From NCBI GenBank assembly GCA_035634055.1, contig DASQDR010000048.1:35492-99491 (forward strand): DNA of 64,000 nt, written 5' to 3'. This document shows, piece after piece, positions 1 through 9,734 of this stretch. Below the pieces are notes generated by a model that was given only the letters and a program-made list of their open reading frames with translations, had not been told where the DNA came from and made no database searches. Position numbers and translations under genes: made by a program. Origin of the DNA: Tepidisphaeraceae bacterium. Lineage in GTDB: Bacteria; Planctomycetota; Phycisphaerae; Tepidisphaerales; Tepidisphaeraceae. Within the stretch, counting starts at the first letter, position 1. The number at the start of each line of letters is the position of its first letter.

Positions 1-1
1 G

Positions 2-841
2 CTGATCCCGGCGTACTTCAAGCTGATCGCGCACGTCTCGCCGCTGCTGGTGCTGGCGCACCGCGTGGTCTGGTCGTTCCTCTTCCTGGCGCTGCTGGTC
101 GCGCTGCTGGGCAAGTGGCGGGACGTGGCGGCGACGCTGCGACGGGGGCGAACGGTACTTCTGCTCTCGCTGTCGACCGTGCTGCTGGCGTGCAACTGGG
201 GCGCGTTCATCTACGCCGTCTCCACCGGACGGGTGATCCAGTCGAGCCTGGGGTACTTCATGGTCCCGCTGGTCAGCGTCGCGCTGGGAGTCGGGGCGCT
301 GGGCGAGCGACTGCGGCGATGGCAGGTCGCCGGCCTGCTGGCGGCGGTGGCGGGCGTGGCGGTGCTGACGGCGGCCCGCGGGCGGCTCCCGTGGATCGCG
401 CTCGCGCTGGCGTTCTCCTGGGGCGGGTACGGCCTGGTGCGAAAAATCGCCCACGTGACGCCGCTGGTCGGCGTATTCGTCGAGACGATCCTGCTGCTGC
501 CGCTCGCCCTGCTCTACCTGGCCGTCACGCCCGCGCGGCGCGCCGCGTCGGCCGAGCCGCTGGCGCGATCGGATTATGCGCTGCTCCTGCTGGCGGGCGT
601 GGTAACGGCCGTCCCGCTGCTGTGGTTCACCGCCGCCGCCAAGCGGCTGCGCCTCTCCACGCTCGGCTTCCTCCAGTACGTGACGCCGACCGGGCAACTG
701 CTGCTGGCCATCTTCGCCTACGGGGAAGCCTTCGGGCGGGCGAACTTCGTCGGCTTCGCGCTGATCTGGCTCGCCTTGATCGTCTACTCGCTCGACTCCT
801 GGCGGGCGCACGCGGGCGCGGATGACGCGGCGCGGGGGTGA
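2..841 (+). CDS. rarD: EamA/RarD-family permease (5' end outside window)
   Basis: The frame is open from the window edge (LIPAYFKLIAHVSPLLVLAHRVVWSF...). It has multiple hydrophobic helices and the AHRVVWS motif typical of RarD/EamA carriers. Stop at 839-841. Confidence 0.75.
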   Translation: MIPAYFKLIAHVSPLLVLAHRVVWSFLFLALLVALLGKWRDVAATLRRGRTVLLLSLSTVLLACNWGAFIYAVSTGRVIQSSLGYFMVPLVSVALGVGALGERLRRWQVAGLLAAVAGVAVLTAARGRLPWIALALAFSWGGYGLVRKIAHVTPLVGVFVETILLLPLALLYLAVTPARRAASAEPLARSDYALLLLAGVVTAVPLLWFTAAAKRLRLSTLGFLQYVTPTGQLLLAIFAYGEAFGRANFVGFALIWLALIVYSLDSWRAHAGADDAARG

Positions 842-895
842 GCGGCCGAGGGGGCGACAAATCCTACTCGCCGTCTCCCCTCAGCCAGAGCCGTC

Positions 896-1192
896 TCATC
901 CCTTCCCCGGCTCCTCGAATACCCGGTGCCGCGGGCGCGAGCGGAGGATCTCGGCGCGGCCCCACGCGACCGCCTGTTTGAAGGCGTCGCTCTTGAGGAA
1001 CGCTTCGTACGCTTCCCTGCTTTCCCACTGGGAGAGGATGACGTAGCTGCCGAGGGAGGCGACGTCCTCGTAGAGGTGGGAGTCAACGTGCCCCGGGAGG
1101 GTCTTGAGGAGGTCGAGGACGCCGAGGAAGCCCCTCTCGAATTCCTCTTCCTTGCCCGGGCGGACCTCGTAGTGCATTCCGATGGTGGTCAT
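896..1192 (-). CDS. Antibiotic-biosynthesis-monooxygenase (ABM) domain protein
   Basis: MTTIGMHYEVRPGKEEEFERGF...ILSQWESREAYEAFLKSDAFK is the classic ABM/ferredoxin-like fold signature. The internal ATG at 1192 is preferred over the ORF-track start at 1291, whose upstream part is Arg-rich junk. Confidence 0.8.
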   Translation of the reverse strand: MTTIGMHYEVRPGKEEEFERGFLGVLDLLKTLPGHVDSHLYEDVASLGSYVILSQWESREAYEAFLKSDAFKQAVAWGRAEILRSRPRHRVFEEPGKG

Positions 1193-1645
1193 GGGATTGT
1201 CAGTGTGTCGTGTCGCCGCCGGTTTTCGTCGCCGGCGCGCGCCAGTCGTGACCGCTGGCGCCCGGCGGACAAGGGTACCGTGGCGCCTCACCGACGGCGA
1301 GGGCGCGCTCGGCCGGCGGGGGCGGTTGGAAGTCTACCAATTCGCGCAAGCGACTGAACGGAACGTGCCCGCGCTCGCTCGCCTTGGAGCCTGGCGAAAA
1401 GCGCCGCTCGGCCGGCCATCACCCGCTCCTGCGCCCGAGGTAGTCGCCGGGTCAGTGATGATCGTTTCAGCCGTCGCGGGCGCGGGTGGAGGCTCAGGAA
1501 AAACAGAGTCTTTGGTTAAGACTTCAAAGTTTGCAGGTCGCGTATTCCGTTCGCCCCCGCGGGTGGCTAATATCCGCCGCATCCGCGCCCATGAGGGAGT
1601 GTTTTTCGACGCTCGCGCGGAGCGCGAAGGGACGACCGAACGACC

Positions 1646-3649
1646 ATGAAAACCCCGCTGCGCCAGCTCTACCTCCGCCGGCTGCTGGCCCGCGCGCTCC
1701 AGTACAAGTGGCTCCTGGCGATCTCCGTGTGCGCGGGGGCGGTGAACCTGGGGCTCACGTTCGTCTTCCCCTGGCTGATCGGCGCCGCCATCGACAAGGT
1801 GATCGCCCCCGACTGGGTCCGCCGCGGCATGCCCTCGCCGCCGACGTACGAGGAGCGAATGAGCTGGCTGTGGATGCTCATCGCCATGGGGGCGGGCACC
1901 GCGGTGATGTTCGGCGTGATCACCTACACGCGCGGGCACTACACGGTCAAGCTCGGCAACCGCATCATCGCCGACCTCCGCCGCGACCTGTTCGATCACC
2001 TCCAGCGGCTCAGCCTGCACTTCTACTCCAAGGAGAACACCGGCAGCATCGTCGCCCGGTTGATCAACGACATCCAGGAGGCGGGCAACCTGATCAACGG
2101 CGGCGTGCTGCTGGTGGTGATGGACCTGGCGCAGACGGTCGTCGGGCTGTTCCTGCTGTTCGACATCAGTTGGAAGCTGACCCTTGCCTGCATCACGATC
2201 TTGCCGCTCTACGTGATCACCTTCAAGCTGTTCAACCACCGCGTGCGGGTCGCCGCCGACCGCGTGCAGAGCCAGATCAGCCGGATGAGCGGCACGCTCC
2301 AGGAGCGGCTGAGCGGGATCGCGCTGGTCAAGACCAACGACGGGGAGGACCGCGAGCGCCGCCACTTCGCCGACCAGACCGAGGAGCACTTTGGTCGGGT
2401 CGTCCAACAGAGCAGCGTCGCCCACTTTGCCGGCGCCATCTCCGAGACACTGATCCACACCGGCACCGTGATCGTGGTCGGTTACGGCTCCTACTTGGCG
2501 CTGGTGCGCGACGGCGGGATGAGCGCGGGGGACATGACGCGGTTCCTGGGGTTCCTCGGCGTGATGTACGGCCCGGTCCGTCGGCTGGCGGAACTGAACA
2601 TCATGTACCAGAACAGCATGGTCTCGCTAGACCGCGTCTTCCGCGTGTTAGACATCACACCGAAGATCGTCGACAAGCGCCGCGCCGTCACCCATCGTCC
2701 CGAGGCCGGCGAGGTGATCTTCGAGGACGTGCACTTCTGTTACCACGATGACAGCGAGGAGTCGCGCGTGACCCTCAACGCCGACGCCCACGGCGCCAGC
2801 GTCGCGATATCCACCGGCGCCCGCAACGGCAATGGTGGTGGTGGCGGCGGCGGTGGCGGCGACGTTGACGGTGTCGCCGCCGCGCTCGCCCGCCCGCGGG
2901 CGCCGGTCGCGCACAAGTGGGTGCTGGACGGGCTGTGCTGCCGCGTCGCCGCCGGTGAGCGGGTGGCGCTGGTGGGGCCGTCCGGGTCGGGCAAGACGAC
3001 GCTCGTGTCGCTGCTGCCCCGGCTTTACGACGTGGGCGAGGGGCGCATCCTAATCGACGGCGTCGACGTCCGCGACTACCGCCTGAGCATGTTGCGCCAG
3101 GCGATCGCCGTCGTGCAGCAGGAGTCGATGGTCTTCAGCGGGACCATCCGCGACAACCTCAAGTACGGCCGGCCCGCGGCCAACGAGGAAGAGGTGATCG
3201 AGGCCGCCAAGGCCGCCAACGCCCACGGCTTCATCACCGCGCTGCCCGACGGCTACGACACCCGCCTGGGTGAAAACGGCATCAACCTTTCCGGCGGCCA
3301 GCGGCAGCGGCTTTCCATCGCCCGCGCGCTGCTAAAGGACCCGCGCATCCTGATTCTCGACGAGGCCACCAGCGCGCTGGATACCGAGAGCGAGGCGATG
3401 GTGCAGGCGGCCCTGGAGCGACTGATGCGCGGGCGGACCTGCTTCATCATCGCCCACCGCCTGAGCACCGTGCGCGGCGCCGACCGCATCCTGGTGGTCG
3501 ACAAGGGGCGGATCGTCGAGTCCGGGACCCACGACGAGCTCCTCACCCTCGACGGCACCTACGCGCGCCTCGTGCGCCACCAGTTCCCCACGTCACACCT
3601 GCCCGTCGCGACGGTCGGAATGGCCGAAGTTACGGGCCTGCGCTTCTAA
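1646..3649 (+). CDS. ABC exporter, fused permease/ATPase (MsbA-like), with low-complexity insert in the NBD
   Basis: Six N-terminal TM helices, Walker A GPSGSGKTT, signature LSGGQRQR, Walker B ILILDEATSALD and H-loop IIAHRLST. An insert of about 50 aa (DDSEESRVTLNADAHG...NGNGGGGGGGGGDVDG...) lies between the first NBD strand and Walker A. Confidence 0.93.
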   Translation: MKTPLRQLYLRRLLARALQYKWLLAISVCAGAVNLGLTFVFPWLIGAAIDKVIAPDWVRRGMPSPPTYEERMSWLWMLIAMGAGTAVMFGVITYTRGHYTVKLGNRIIADLRRDLFDHLQRLSLHFYSKENTGSIVARLINDIQEAGNLINGGVLLVVMDLAQTVVGLFLLFDISWKLTLACITILPLYVITFKLFNHRVRVAADRVQSQISRMSGTLQERLSGIALVKTNDGEDRERRHFADQTEEHFGRVVQQSSVAHFAGAISETLIHTGTVIVVGYGSYLALVRDGGMSAGDMTRFLGFLGVMYGPVRRLAELNIMYQNSMVSLDRVFRVLDITPKIVDKRRAVTHRPEAGEVIFEDVHFCYHDDSEESRVTLNADAHGASVAISTGARNGNGGGGGGGGGDVDGVAAALARPRAPVAHKWVLDGLCCRVAAGERVALVGPSGSGKTTLVSLLPRLYDVGEGRILIDGVDVRDYRLSMLRQAIAVVQQESMVFSGTIRDNLKYGRPAANEEEVIEAAKAANAHGFITALPDGYDTRLGENGINLSGGQRQRLSIARALLKDPRILILDEATSALDTESEAMVQAALERLMRGRTCFIIAHRLSTVRGADRILVVDKGRIVESGTHDELLTLDGTYARLVRHQFPTSHLPVATVGMAEVTGLRF

Positions 3650-3750
3650 CGATGCGAAGCGGGGTGTAGCGCGCAGGCGCTGCCGTCGTTACCACATGAT
3701 GGTCCCGCGGGCCCGCGCAAGAACGCCACGAGTTAGTAGAGGTTTTTCTC

Positions 3751-3780
3751 TTCATTCGTGAAGATTCGTGAAATTCGTGG
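3751..3780. repeat. Half-copy of ATTCGTG-armed repeat (same unit layout as right arm at 17555-17584)
   Basis: ttcATTCGTGaagATTCGTGaaATTCGTGg has three ATTCGTG units at 10- and 9-nt spacing. This matches the layout tATTCGTGttcATTCGTGccATTCGTGg at 17556-17584. It sits in an AT-richer intergenic stretch. Confidence 0.6.
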
Positions 3781-3812
3781 ACGGAGATCCTTCGGACGAC
3801 GCTGGCCGCCGC

Positions 3813-4700
3813 CTACGCCGCGACAGGCACCTGGCTCGGCGCGGGCGGCGTCGGCTGCGTCATCTTGAAGGAATCGATCGGCGTGACGAGGTCGTCCGCC
3901 ACCTCGTCCATGTGCACGAGGAACTTCTCGAGCTTGGCGGCGCCGAAGGAGGTCGTCAGCGCCACGTCGGTGGCGTCGCGCCCGCGCGCCATGAGCACGC
4001 GGCCGATGCGCGGCGTGTTGTGGCGGGCGTCGAGCGTCCACCAGCGTCCGCCGAGGTAGACCTCCATCCACGCGCTGAAGTCCATCGGCAGCCCGTCCGC
4101 CGGCACGCCGATGTCCCCGAGGTAGCCGGTCGCGTAGCGGGCTGGGATGTTCAGCGCGCGCATCAGCGTGATCGCCAGGTGCTGGAAGTCGCGGCAGACG
4201 CCCTTGCGCTCGTACCACACGTCGTAGGCGGTCTTGTTCACGCGTGCGAACTTGTAGCCGAACGTGACGTTCCGGTGCACCCAGTCCATCACCGCCTGCA
4301 CGCGCTCCCACGTCGCCGGCGTCTTGCCGAACAGGTCCCACGCGACCGCCCCCAGCCGATCCACCTCGCAGTAGCGGCTGCCGAGCAGGTAGGGCATGAC
4401 GTCGTCGGGCAGCTCCTCGATGCGGTGCAGGTGCTGGCCGTCGATGCGCGGCTCGTGCGTGCCGGGATCCCACGCGACGTTGTCATAGGTGATGCGCAGC
4501 TTGCCCGGCTGCCCGATCAGCCGCGCGCAGCAATTGCCGAAGGCGTCGGTGAACGTGCCGACCGGCAGTTCCGGGTCGGTCCGCAGCACCTCCGGCCGCT
4601 GGAGGACGTGCGCCTGCTCCGGGTGCGCGTGGAGCATCAGCAGCATCGGCGTCACCGTCGTCAGTTCAAACTGGAATTCGTATCCGATGCGAAGGAACAT
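3813..4700 (-). CDS. Transglutaminase-like family protein
   Basis: MFLRIGYEFQFEL start typical of the family, plus the cysteine-protease-like core GVCRDFQHLAITLMRALNIPARYATGY. The start at 4700 is preferred over 4739. Confidence 0.85.
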   Translation of the reverse strand: MFLRIGYEFQFELTTVTPMLLMLHAHPEQAHVLQRPEVLRTDPELPVGTFTDAFGNCCARLIGQPGKLRITYDNVAWDPGTHEPRIDGQHLHRIEELPDDVMPYLLGSRYCEVDRLGAVAWDLFGKTPATWERVQAVMDWVHRNVTFGYKFARVNKTAYDVWYERKGVCRDFQHLAITLMRALNIPARYATGYLGDIGVPADGLPMDFSAWMEVYLGGRWWTLDARHNTPRIGRVLMARGRDATDVALTTSFGAAKLEKFLVHMDEVADDLVTPIDSFKMTQPTPPAPSQVPVAA

Positions 4701-4979
4701 CGCTCTCACCCACCGCGCTCGCGTGACTGGCTTACCCACAGCCCGCGGCCGTGACGCCGCGGGCTCCCAACGCCCCTCTTATCGGCAGCTTTCGCCCGCC
4801 CCTGTGACTCGACCTTTCCCGATGCGTCTTTGTCACCCCGCCGGGCGGGAAAGCCGATAATGATTCGGATAGCATGCCTGCCAACGCGGCTCGCCGCCGG
4901 TGAATTTCCCGTGCGCCGCTCCCGTTACCCGTCCCCGCGCCGCGGGTGACCCGCGACAAACGACTACTGACGACCACGC

Positions 4980-5882
4980 ATGACCTACTGCCTCGGCATC
5001 ATCACCAAGCACGGCCTGATCATGGCCTCGGACTCGCGCAGCAACGCGGGGTACGACCAAGTCAACGTCGTGAAGAAGATGCACACGTTCGTCGTCCCCG
5101 GCGAGCGAGTGTTCGTCATCCTGGCCAGCGGCAGCCTGTCGCTGACGCAGTCGATCATGACCCTGCTGCGGCGCGACTTCGACGCCGGCAAGGGGCTTGC
5201 CGTCGCGCCGTCGATGTACGACGCGACGCGCGTGGTCGGGCAGCAGGTGCGCAAGGTCTCGGACCTCGACCGGGAGGCGCTGGAGCGCGACGAGTACCGC
5301 TTCAACGTCCACATGCTGGTCGGCGGGCAGGTGAAGGGGCAGCCGCCGGAGCTGTACATGGTCTACCCGCAGGGGAACCCGCTGGCGGCGACGGCGGAGT
5401 CGCCGTTCCTCCAGATCGGCGAGACCAAGTACGGCCGGCCGATCCTCGACCGCGGCATCCGCTTTGACCGAACCACGCTGGAAGAGGCGGCGAAGTATGC
5501 GCTGCTGTCGCTGGACTCGACGATGAAGTCGAACGTGACGGTCGGCCCGCCGATCGACCTGCTGGCCTACCCGGTGGACGAGCTGGCGGTGACGCGGCAG
5601 CGGCGCTTCGCCGCCGACGATCCCGACCTGATGAAGATCCGAGGGCGCTGGGAGCAGGCGCTGCGGCAGGCGATCCTGCGACTGCCGGAGCTGCGCTTCC
5701 GCCCGCGCGGCGCCAAGTCGCCGGCCGCGCCGCAGGAGGAAACAATCGAGGTGGTCGAGCCCCCGCCGCAGTCGGTGGCGGAGGTGACGGCCGAGGCGCA
5801 ACAGCAGCTCACCGCCCCGCCGCTGACGCCGACGACGCCGCCGCCGCAGGCGAAGGGCGCTAGGTCACAGCCGCCGGATTAG
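4980..5882 (+). CDS. Anbu-type proteasome beta-subunit homologue (Ntn hydrolase) with Pro-rich C-terminal tail
   Basis: N-terminus MTYCLGIITKHGLIMASDSRSNAG, with Thr directly after Met, then SDSR.NAG. The fold is about 240 aa, followed by a Pro/Ala/Gln tail of about 60 aa. Confidence 0.85.
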   Translation: MTYCLGIITKHGLIMASDSRSNAGYDQVNVVKKMHTFVVPGERVFVILASGSLSLTQSIMTLLRRDFDAGKGLAVAPSMYDATRVVGQQVRKVSDLDREALERDEYRFNVHMLVGGQVKGQPPELYMVYPQGNPLAATAESPFLQIGETKYGRPILDRGIRFDRTTLEEAAKYALLSLDSTMKSNVTVGPPIDLLAYPVDELAVTRQRRFAADDPDLMKIRGRWEQALRQAILRLPELRFRPRGAKSPAAPQEETIEVVEPPPQSVAEVTAEAQQQLTAPPLTPTTPPPQAKGARSQPPD

Positions 5883-5915
5883 CACCGAAGGCCGCCGCGC
5901 CCGCCGCCGAGTGCA

Positions 5916-6572
5916 TCACAGGATCCCGCTCAGGTACGCCCGCACTTCCAGCAGCGACTCGTACACGCCCTGCGCCTTGCCGCGCACCTCTTCGCACGGC
6001 TGCTTGAGGTCCGGGACCATGCAGACGGTCATGCCGGCCGCGTGGGCGCCGGCGACGCCGGCCTCGGAATCCTCCAGCACGATGCACGCCCGAGGGTCGG
6101 CGGGAATGGTGCTGGCCGCGAGCAGGAAGATATCCGGCGCCGGCTTCCCGCGCTGCACCTGGTCGCCGGTGGTCACCGACGCGAAGCGGCCCAGCAGGCC
6201 GGCTCGCTCCAGCTTCGGGATGGCGCGCGAGCGGCGCGTTGACGTCGCCACCACCTTCGGCACGCCGCGCGACTCGATGAAATCCAACAGCTCGATCAGC
6301 CCGCGCTTGATCGGCGGCGGGGTCTGCCCGAAACAGACCTCGTAGTGGTGGGCCGACCGCTCGCTGAACCGCTTGAGCAGCGCTTCGTCGCCCCAGCGCC
6401 GCCGCAGGATCTCGGTGGTGTCCTGCGAGGTGCGGCCCAGCAGTTGCTCGTGCAGTTCCTCCTCGAACACCACGCCGCAGTCGGCGGCGGCGCGGTTGAA
6501 GACTTCCTTGTACACCCGCTCGCTGTCGAGCATCAGGCCGTCCATGTCAAAGATCACCGCGGAGCACTTCAT
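5916..6572 (-). CDS. HAD-superfamily hydrolase (beta-phosphoglucomutase-like subfamily IA)
   Basis: Motif I AVIFDMDGLMLDSE, motif III K (GKPAPDIF) and motif IV EDSEAG. GGAAGGA lies upstream of the ATG at 6572. Confidence 0.88.
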   Translation of the reverse strand: MKCSAVIFDMDGLMLDSERVYKEVFNRAAADCGVVFEEELHEQLLGRTSQDTTEILRRRWGDEALLKRFSERSAHHYEVCFGQTPPPIKRGLIELLDFIESRGVPKVVATSTRRSRAIPKLERAGLLGRFASVTTGDQVQRGKPAPDIFLLAASTIPADPRACIVLEDSEAGVAGAHAAGMTVCMVPDLKQPCEEVRGKAQGVYESLLEVRAYLSGIL

Positions 6573-6616
6573 GCCGCCGAATCCTTCCCGCGTGGCGAAA
6601 CCTGGAGCCAAAGGGA

Positions 6617-7522
6617 TCAGATCCGGCCGAGCAGTTCACCGACGTACTCGCGCACGCCGGCGGGACCGCGCCGCAGCGCGGTCGCGTTGCCGTGACGGGC
6701 GAAGAAGCCGGTTGCCTTCGCAGTGTCGAACTGGTTCTTCGGCCCCGCGCCCTTGCGGTCGATGATCTCGGCGGACGATCCGCTCAGCTCCTTCGCGAAC
6801 TCCGCCGCCGCCTGCCAGTAGAGGTAGCCGTCGACGAGGTTGTAAAACTGCCCGGCCACGCCCTCGTCCCCCACCGCCAGCGCCAGCGCGTCGGCGACGT
6901 CCTGCACGTGGGTGATCTTGCCGCCCTGCGCGGTCTCGATCCGGCCGCCCTGCTTGGCGCTTCGGACTAGGTCAAGCCACTGCGAGCGCTCGAGGTTCGG
7001 ATCGATGCCGTAGACCGCCGCCGGGCGCCAACTGCTGGTGTTCAAGCCGAACGTCTGGTGATACGCCACCAGGTGCGGCTCGACGGCCGCCTTGTACGCG
7101 CCGTAGATCGAGCCGGGCCAGGTGGCGATCTCCTCGGTGATCCGCCCGTGGGCCGACGGCGGGATGACGTGATGGACGGCGACGGAACTGACGAACAAAA
7201 ACTGCCGGGCGCCCGCCTGCCGCGCGGCGTCCAGCAGGTCCAGCGACGCGCGCACGTTGCGGTCAAAGTTGACGCCTGGAGAGCGGCCCAGCGCGTCCCA
7301 GTCAACGGCGTCATGAATGACGGCGTCAACGCCGGCCACCAGCCCCGCGATCGCCTGCCGGTCGGCGACGTCGCCCTCGGTCCACTGGTCGACGTGGTCC
7401 GCAATGTGATCGCGGCGGCTCGTCCGCCGGACCAGCGCCCGCACCTCGTGCCCGGCGGCGCGCAGCGCGCGGGCGGTGTAACTGCCGATGAACCCGGACG
7501 CACCAGTGAGGGCGACAAGCAT
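6617..7522 (-). CDS. NAD-dependent epimerase/dehydratase family protein
   Basis: Rossmann motif LTGASGFIGSY and YGAYK catalytic motif. The start is ambiguous (7522 ATG or 7549 GTG). Confidence 0.85.
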   Translation of the reverse strand: MLVALTGASGFIGSYTARALRAAGHEVRALVRRTSRRDHIADHVDQWTEGDVADRQAIAGLVAGVDAVIHDAVDWDALGRSPGVNFDRNVRASLDLLDAARQAGARQFLFVSSVAVHHVIPPSAHGRITEEIATWPGSIYGAYKAAVEPHLVAYHQTFGLNTSSWRPAAVYGIDPNLERSQWLDLVRSAKQGGRIETAQGGKITHVQDVADALALAVGDEGVAGQFYNLVDGYLYWQAAAEFAKELSGSSAEIIDRKGAGPKNQFDTAKATGFFARHGNATALRRGPAGVREYVGELLGRI

Positions 7523-7622
7523 GAACGATGGTACGCGCGCAACCGGCACGACGCCGGGGAGATAGCCTCAATTCATGGCGCGGCGGCGTTCGCCTCAATT
7601 CCGCGGTCCGGCGGGGCCGGGG

Positions 7623-9458
7623 CTACGTCGGCGGCGGGATGGTCTTGTCACCTGCGGTGCCGCCCGGCGTGGTCGCCTGCGGCCCGTCGGCGCCGGCGGG
7701 CGCCGCAGCCGCGCCCGGCTCACCCGGCAGCGGCGCGCCCGGTCCGGCGCCCGTGCTGACCGGCGACGCGGTCGTCGTCGGCGGCGGCGACGCCGACGCA
7801 CTGTCGACCACCACCGCCCCCACCGCCGCCGCCGGAGCGGTCGCGATCGGCGCGGTCGTGTCGGTGAAGTCTTCCTCCGACTGCTCGAGGTAAACGTCGT
7901 CCATCTCCGTCGCGTCCACCTCGCGCCGCATCAGGTAGTAGATGAGGGTGTTGGCGCTGAAGTAGAAGCTGATGACGAACGCGCCGAGCATCGAGACGAC
8001 GAGGTAGACCCAGAAGGCGACGAGGAACGCCGCCACGTCCTGGTCGCCGCGCAGGGTGAGGAAGTCGATGTCGTACGAGAGGGTGCCGGTCGCCTGCGGC
8101 CCGGGCCACATGGTCGGCCAGAGCGGCGCGTGGCTGGGGGCGCGGCCGAAGTAGCCGGCGCCGACGAACGAGTGCGTCAGCGACAGCATCAGCCACAGGA
8201 ACAGCCGCACGAACAGGTAGCAGAGCGCCCCGTAGATGATGGCCACCAGCGTGTAGAAGACCATCCGCCACGGGCGGGCGTAGACGTAGCTGAAGCTGCG
8301 GCTGATGGCGTCGAAGCTGTCGGACCCCTCGACGGCGATCGTCGGGTACATCAGGTTGAACCCGCCGAACGTCCCCAGCAGCACCAGCGTCATCACGAAC
8401 CCGGCCGCCAGCACGAGCACGAACAGCGCGCCCATGAGGATGTTGAAGATCGGCCCGAGGTACGGGATGCTCGAGAGCAGCCCGGCGATGAGCGGCACGA
8501 GCCCGACGAACAGCACGATCACCAGTGGGATCAGCGGCGCCGAGACGAAGGAGAGGAACTTGCCGAGCGAGAAGGCCAGCGCCGCGCGCACCGAGAGCTT
8601 CTCGTCGCGCGCCACGTGCACGGCGGCGATGCGCGCGATCGCCCCGCCGAAGATCGCCCAGATGGTCAGGAACCAAAGCGTGAACAGGATGAAGTAGAGC
8701 GGGTGGTGCCGCATGAGCCAGACGGGGCCGATGCGGAAGAAGTTGATGACCGAATCGACCACGCCCGCGCGGCCGTTGCCGCGGCCGAGCCAGTTCCAGT
8801 GCGTCACGCCGTGGATCACGCCGTAGACCTGCTCCGCCTGGTAGTGGAACAGCGTCTGGAACAGCCCCTGACCGTTGCTCTGCTTGGCGGATTGGAGATC
8901 GGTGTAGGCGTCGGCGTAGGCGCCGCGCACGGCGGACTGGTAGGCGTCGTAGGCGTCGCGGCGGAGGCGGGACTTCTGGCTGGCGTCGGTGGTCGCCTCG
9001 GTCTGCGCCCAGACGGCGTCCTTCGCCGCCTGCGCCTCCTGCGCGCGGCGGGCGCGCGTCTCGCGGATCCTGGCCTCGACCTTGTCGAGGTGGTCGCCGC
9101 GCTCGGCGGCGGCTTGTGCGGCGCCGCGGTCGGCGACGATGCCCTGCGACACCAAGCGCTCGGCGTACGCGGCGCGGATCCGCTCGCGCTCGAGCCGCCG
9201 CTCGGCCACGAACTGATCGGTCGAGCCGCCGGTCTTCACGTTCTGTTCATAGCGCTCCACCTCGCGCGGGATCGCCAGCGCGTCCTCGTCCCACAGCCCG
9301 TCCAGCGCCCGCCCGCCGACGTAGAGCGCCAGCAGCGCGATCAGTCCGAGGATCAGCTTGGAGGGGTGAACCGCGATGCGAAAGGCGCGGAACAGGTGGG
9401 TGAAGGCGAACGTCTCGCGCCAGTTGATGCCTCGGATCTGCTGCGGTTCGTCCGCCAT
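7623..9458 (-). CDS. Large polytopic membrane protein, function unknown
   Basis: 611-aa ORF with strong GC3 bias, at least 8 hydrophobic helices, a long Ala/Arg/Glu-rich predicted helical loop after TM1, and a Pro/Ala/Thr-rich tail. I recognise no family motif. Confidence 0.75.
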   Translation of the reverse strand: MADEPQQIRGINWRETFAFTHLFRAFRIAVHPSKLILGLIALLALYVGGRALDGLWDEDALAIPREVERYEQNVKTGGSTDQFVAERRLERERIRAAYAERLVSQGIVADRGAAQAAAERGDHLDKVEARIRETRARRAQEAQAAKDAVWAQTEATTDASQKSRLRRDAYDAYQSAVRGAYADAYTDLQSAKQSNGQGLFQTLFHYQAEQVYGVIHGVTHWNWLGRGNGRAGVVDSVINFFRIGPVWLMRHHPLYFILFTLWFLTIWAIFGGAIARIAAVHVARDEKLSVRAALAFSLGKFLSFVSAPLIPLVIVLFVGLVPLIAGLLSSIPYLGPIFNILMGALFVLVLAAGFVMTLVLLGTFGGFNLMYPTIAVEGSDSFDAISRSFSYVYARPWRMVFYTLVAIIYGALCYLFVRLFLWLMLSLTHSFVGAGYFGRAPSHAPLWPTMWPGPQATGTLSYDIDFLTLRGDQDVAAFLVAFWVYLVVSMLGAFVISFYFSANTLIYYLMRREVDATEMDDVYLEQSEEDFTDTTAPIATAPAAAVGAVVVDSASASPPPTTTASPVSTGAGPGAPLPGEPGAAAAPAGADGPQATTPGGTAGDKTIPPPT

Positions 9459-9734
9459 GGGGCGGTGCTCCTTTCCCTGCGAATACTGCGGTGCCGAGAG
9501 GACGGGCCGCGATTATAGTGAAGGCAACCGCCCCGGCAATCGCCCCGCCACCGGCGGGAACGGGCCCGCCGGCGGACCCGACGGCGCACCGCGCCCGCCG
9601 ATCCGAGCGCCGCGGCAGGTCCGACAAAAAGTGGCGAATTTCGGGTATAACATCCGATGCTGGGTGACTAAGGCGGGCCGCGCGCGCCTCTCTCTGGCGC
9701 AGGCGCGCAGGTGTTCCCGCGCGGCTGCGCGACG

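Noticed and set aside
1292-1645. Promoter call upstream of the ABC exporter (TTGCAG ... TAATAT)
   Set aside because: The hexamer spacing (about 32 nt) is incompatible with a sigma-70 promoter, and the promoter consensus for this lineage is unknown to me. It was not reported as a feature.
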